Source: Meiothermus sp. (GTDB lineage: Bacteria > Deinococcota > Deinococci > Deinococcales > Thermaceae). Taken from it: a stretch of 64,000 nucleotides of DNA. Below, in pieces: positions 61,380-64,000 of the stretch. Location of the stretch: the NCBI GenBank assembly GCA_033762915.1, contig JANRLD010000053.1:1-64000 (forward strand). Reading direction: 5' to 3'. The position numbers and the translations under genes were made by a program. Each line of letters opens with the position of its first letter. Position 1 is the stretch's first letter. The notes beneath the pieces are model-generated. The model was not told where the DNA came from and did no database searches. It saw nothing but the letters and a program-made list of their open reading frames with translations.

Positions 61380-62432
61380 CTACTGCGCCATCGGCAGCAG
61401 CATGAACGACTGCACCGAGAGCTGACCGGCCAGCCTGCGGGCGGCATCGCGGAAGGCGGCGGCCTCGAGCGAGCCGGGCTCGGACACCACGATGGGCACG
61501 CCGTTGTCGCCGCCCTCGCGCACGCTCACCGCGATGGGGACTTCGCCCAGAAAGGCGGTCTTGTACTGCTCGGCCATCTTCAGCCCACCGCCCTGGCCGA
61601 AGATGTGGACGCGCTGACCGCCCTGGTCGAAGTAGGACATGTTCTCGAGGACCCCCAGAATGGGCACCTGCACCCGCTTGAACATGTCCACCGCCCGCTC
61701 GGCGTCAATCCGGGCCACGTCCTGCGGGGTGGTGACGATCACTGCGCCCGAGACCTTGGTGAGCTGCGAAAGCGACAGCTGCACGTCGCCGGTGCCGGGG
61801 GGCATGTCAATGATCAGGTAGTCCAGGTCGCCCCAGGCCACTTCCTGCAAGAACTGCTTGAGGGTGCCGTGGAGGATGGGACCGCGCCAGACCATGGCCT
61901 GCCCCGGCGGGACAATGTTGGCGATGGTGATGAGCTGGATGCCAAAGCGCTCCACCGGCAGCATCCGCTTCTGCGCGTCTACCTGGGTCTTGTGGGCCTG
62001 CGTGCCGAACATCTGGGCCTGGCTGGGGCCGTAGATATCGGCATCGAGGAGGCCGACCTTGGCCCCGTCCTGGGCCAGCGCCACCGCCAGGTTGGCAGCC
62101 ACGGTGCTCTTGCCCACCCCGCCCTTGCCCGAGGCCACCGCCACCACGTGCTTGATGCCGGGAATGGGCAGGTTCTGCGGGGCACGCACCTGCGCCCCGA
62201 AATGCACCTCGATCTCGGTCGCCCCGGTGCGGCTGATGGCGGCTTTCACGTCGGCCTCGATCTTGCCCTTGAGCGGGCAGGCGGGGGTGGTCAGGTTGAT
62301 CTTGACCCCCACCTTGCTGCCTTCCACAACGATCTTCTCGACCATGCCGAGCGACACCAAGTCCTTGTGCAGCTCGGGGTCGTTAACGGTCTTGAGTACC
62401 TCGAGCACCGAGGATTCGCTAGGCATACTCAT
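61380..62432 (-). CDS. mrp: Mrp/ApbC Fe-S cluster carrier ATPase
   Basis: DPEL..LTTPACP domain, SGKGGVGKST, DADIYGPS, WRGP, DMPPGTGD, ENMS. Confidence 0.94.
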   Translation of the reverse strand: MSMPSESSVLEVLKTVNDPELHKDLVSLGMVEKIVVEGSKVGVKINLTTPACPLKGKIEADVKAAISRTGATEIEVHFGAQVRAPQNLPIPGIKHVVAVASGKGGVGKSTVAANLAVALAQDGAKVGLLDADIYGPSQAQMFGTQAHKTQVDAQKRMLPVERFGIQLITIANIVPPGQAMVWRGPILHGTLKQFLQEVAWGDLDYLIIDMPPGTGDVQLSLSQLTKVSGAVIVTTPQDVARIDAERAVDMFKRVQVPILGVLENMSYFDQGGQRVHIFGQGGGLKMAEQYKTAFLGEVPIAVSVREGGDNGVPIVVSEPGSLEAAAFRDAARRLAGQLSVQSFMLLPMAQ

Positions 62433-62733
62433 CTCGTGTTCAGATTATGGACTGGAAAGGGTCTATTGAACGGGGTAAAGGTCACATTGGGGCGGAGGGC
62501 GAGGGAAGAAAAGAGGAAAGGTCAGGCTACATGCCCAAGGGGAGGGTTGGGCCGGCCTCGCTCCACTTGCCCCCCTGCTCGGCCAACCGGTGTGCCGCAG
62601 ATATCCAGGGCAGGACGCGAGACGGCCTGATGTGCCCTTGCCTCCCCGGCAAAACCTGAGGTCACCTTTGGCGGGCCCCCGGTTGACTTATCTGCAAATT
62701 GCATATATCCTGGTTTGGAATAAGGAAAGAGCC

Positions 62734-63363
62734 ATGTTCGACGAGGAGAAAGCCCGCCAAGACCAGCTCGAGGCCGAGGACGCGGCCCTCGAGGCCGCCT
62801 TGGGCTCGATCGAAAGGCGGCTAAACCCGGACGGTGTCGACCTCGAGGATTTGCGGTCGTTGCGCCGACAGGTCGAGCGGCCCGCCCGCGCCTCTTTCGC
62901 GCAACTCCTGCAGCTTTTCGACCAGCTGAGGCGCCGCAGAGGGGCGCACGACGGGAGCCCCGAGGGCGACGATTGGGTAGCATTGTTTGGGCCCTCGGGG
63001 GCGCTCGAGCCTGTCCTGGCCCGCAAGCTGGGCTATGTGGTGGACGACCTGAGGCGCGAGGCCCACGGCAGCAAAGGTTACGCCGAGTTGCGGCTGCCCT
63101 TCGGGGCCTTCGCCTTCACCAAAGACGCGGCCCTCGAGGAGGCCAAGGACCGCTTCGAGCGATGGCTGGGCAAGCCCGCCTACCGCTTCCCCGGCAAGAT
63201 TCCCTCGGGCTGGCCCAGACATACCCTCTCGGTCTGGGAGTGGCGCTACGAACTGGCTGTGCTGCGCCTCAAGCCCGACGACTCCATCGGCTTCGGCGTG
63301 GCACTGCGCGAAGACCAGCTGAGCCCAACGGTTCTGAAGAACCTCGAGCGCCTCAGCCGGTGA
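62734..63363 (+). CDS. Hypothetical protein
   Basis: AAGGA RBS; upstream TTGACT-17-TATCCT promoter at 62683-62711. Confidence 0.7.
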   Translation: MFDEEKARQDQLEAEDAALEAALGSIERRLNPDGVDLEDLRSLRRQVERPARASFAQLLQLFDQLRRRRGAHDGSPEGDDWVALFGPSGALEPVLARKLGYVVDDLRREAHGSKGYAELRLPFGAFAFTKDAALEEAKDRFERWLGKPAYRFPGKIPSGWPRHTLSVWEWRYELAVLRLKPDDSIGFGVALREDQLSPTVLKNLERLSR

Positions 63364-63480
63364 GACAGAAAGAAGAAGGCTGCCGCCACAAACCGTCAGC
63401 CTCCAGCCATACCCGCTCGGCTCTTTAGACTTCCGGCTTTTACCTTTCCCCACTGCCCACTGACCCCCTGAACTCTGCCT

Positions 63481-64000
63481 ATGAAAAAAACTTCCGAACA
63501 GCAATTCCTCGAGGCCTACGACCCCAGCCAGTTCGAGCGGCCCTCGGTGGCGGTGGATGTGGTGATCCTGACGTTTCACGAGAACAGGCTCTATGTGCTG
63601 CTGACCCAGCGCACCGAGCATCCCTTCAAGGAGGTGTGGAGCCTGCCGGGCGGCTTCGTGCGGATGGACGAGTCACTGGACGAGGCGGCAGCCAGGGTGC
63701 TAAAGCACAAAGGCGGGCTGGAGGATGTCTACCTCGAGCAGCTCTACACTTTTGGGGCGGTTAAGCGCGACCCCCGCATGCGCATCTTGAGCGTTGCCTA
63801 TTACGCGCTGGTCGAGTTCGGACGGATCAAGGAGGTGGCCGAGCAGGCGGCCTTGCTCGAGGTGGTGGTGGAGTGGGAGGGCGAGGCCGGCGGCCCAGCC
63901 AAGGTGACCGACGCGGCGGGCGACGAGCGCCTGCTGGCCTTCGACCACGCCGAGATTCTGGGCATGGCCATCAAGCGCATCCGGGGGAAGCTCGAGTACG
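63481..64000 (+). CDS. NrtR-type Nudix transcriptional regulator, runs off window
   Basis: RPSVAVDVVI, WSLPGGFV..DESL, LEQLYTFG..RDPR.R..SVAY.AL, LAFDH. Confidence 0.88.
   Translation, partial: MKKTSEQQFLEAYDPSQFERPSVAVDVVILTFHENRLYVLLTQRTEHPFKEVWSLPGGFVRMDESLDEAAARVLKHKGGLEDVYLEQLYTFGAVKRDPRMRILSVAYYALVEFGRIKEVAEQAALLEVVVEWEGEAGGPAKVTDAAGDERLLAFDHAEILGMAIKRIRGKLEY

Overview
GC-rich bacterial chromosome segment that looks like Thermaceae (Meiothermus/Calidithermus-like; inferred from gene content, leaderless promoters and codon style). Housekeeping genes include acs, ade, pcrA, ilvD, argJ, hslO, tRNA-Ser(GGA), nusB-folD, ask and mrp. There is also a RuBisCO-like protein plus cupin pair, a bacterial indoleamine 2,3-dioxygenase, an ATP-grasp/alpha-E pair, an IclR-acetyl-CoA-synthetase fusion broken by one TGA, an IS256 remnant and two dispersed repeat families. 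The most striking signal is CTCGAG, which is strongly over-represented. At four places (DUF2200 gene, ilvD twice, a GNAT gene) accessory DNA is followed by a duplicate of the upstream gene's 3' end that starts exactly at a CTCGAG and differs mostly at synonymous positions. This suggests a CTCGAG-anchored gene-accretion mechanism that built the 18.8-29 kb accessory region, which also holds integron attC sites without an integrase and a GmrSD-like defence gene. All calls are by-eye motif recognition; no searches were run.
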